Shown one piece after another: positions 63,892 to 64,000 of a stretch of 64,000 nt of DNA; within the stretch, counting starts at the first letter, position 1, and each line of letters starts with the position of its first letter. The notes under the pieces are model-generated. The model saw only the letters and a program-made list of their open reading frames with translations, was not told where the DNA came from and searched no databases. Location of the stretch: positions 3,577,375 through 3,641,374 of the forward strand of contig CAVNZM010000017.1 in NCBI GenBank assembly GCA_963693365.1, written 5' to 3'. The DNA comes from Amoebidium appalachense. Its lineage: Eukaryota; Protista; Ichthyosporea. The position numbers and the translations under genes were made by a program.

Positions 63892-64000
63892 GGGCTCACT
63901 CTCTCATGATCACTGTCACTGACTCACTGTACATGTACAATGTACATGTCCAGCTGCTGTCACATGTATTACTGTACCGTGACATGTGCATAAACGTTAA

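Overview
Eukaryotic genomic DNA, probably from a protist or fungus-like opisthokont (inferred from the short GT..GCTGAC..CAG introns and abundant (CA)n and poly-G/C runs). Roughly the first 49 kb is a nest of transposable elements. It holds two Ty3/Gypsy families, one a chromovirus present as two oppositely oriented partial copies, and three differently structured copies of one tyrosine-recombinase (DIRS/Ngaro-type, split direct repeat) retroelement. It also holds an APE-RT LINE precisely interrupted by one of those copies, and an intron-containing Plavaka transposase embedded in TGGATATCCA-rich DNA. Finally there is a complete 9.04-kb DNA transposon (TIR CCCCACTGT, 4-bp CTAC TSD). Its piggyBac-like DDD transposase carries a whole YqaJ/lambda-exonuclease domain between the second and third catalytic aspartates, and that domain is itself interrupted by a SAP-like motif and Pro/Thr repeats. 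The last ~13 kb contains one intron-rich host gene, an XMAP215/ch-TOG microtubule polymerase. Most ORFs in the supplied track are microsatellite or antisense artefacts. All family calls come from reading motifs by eye, without database searches.
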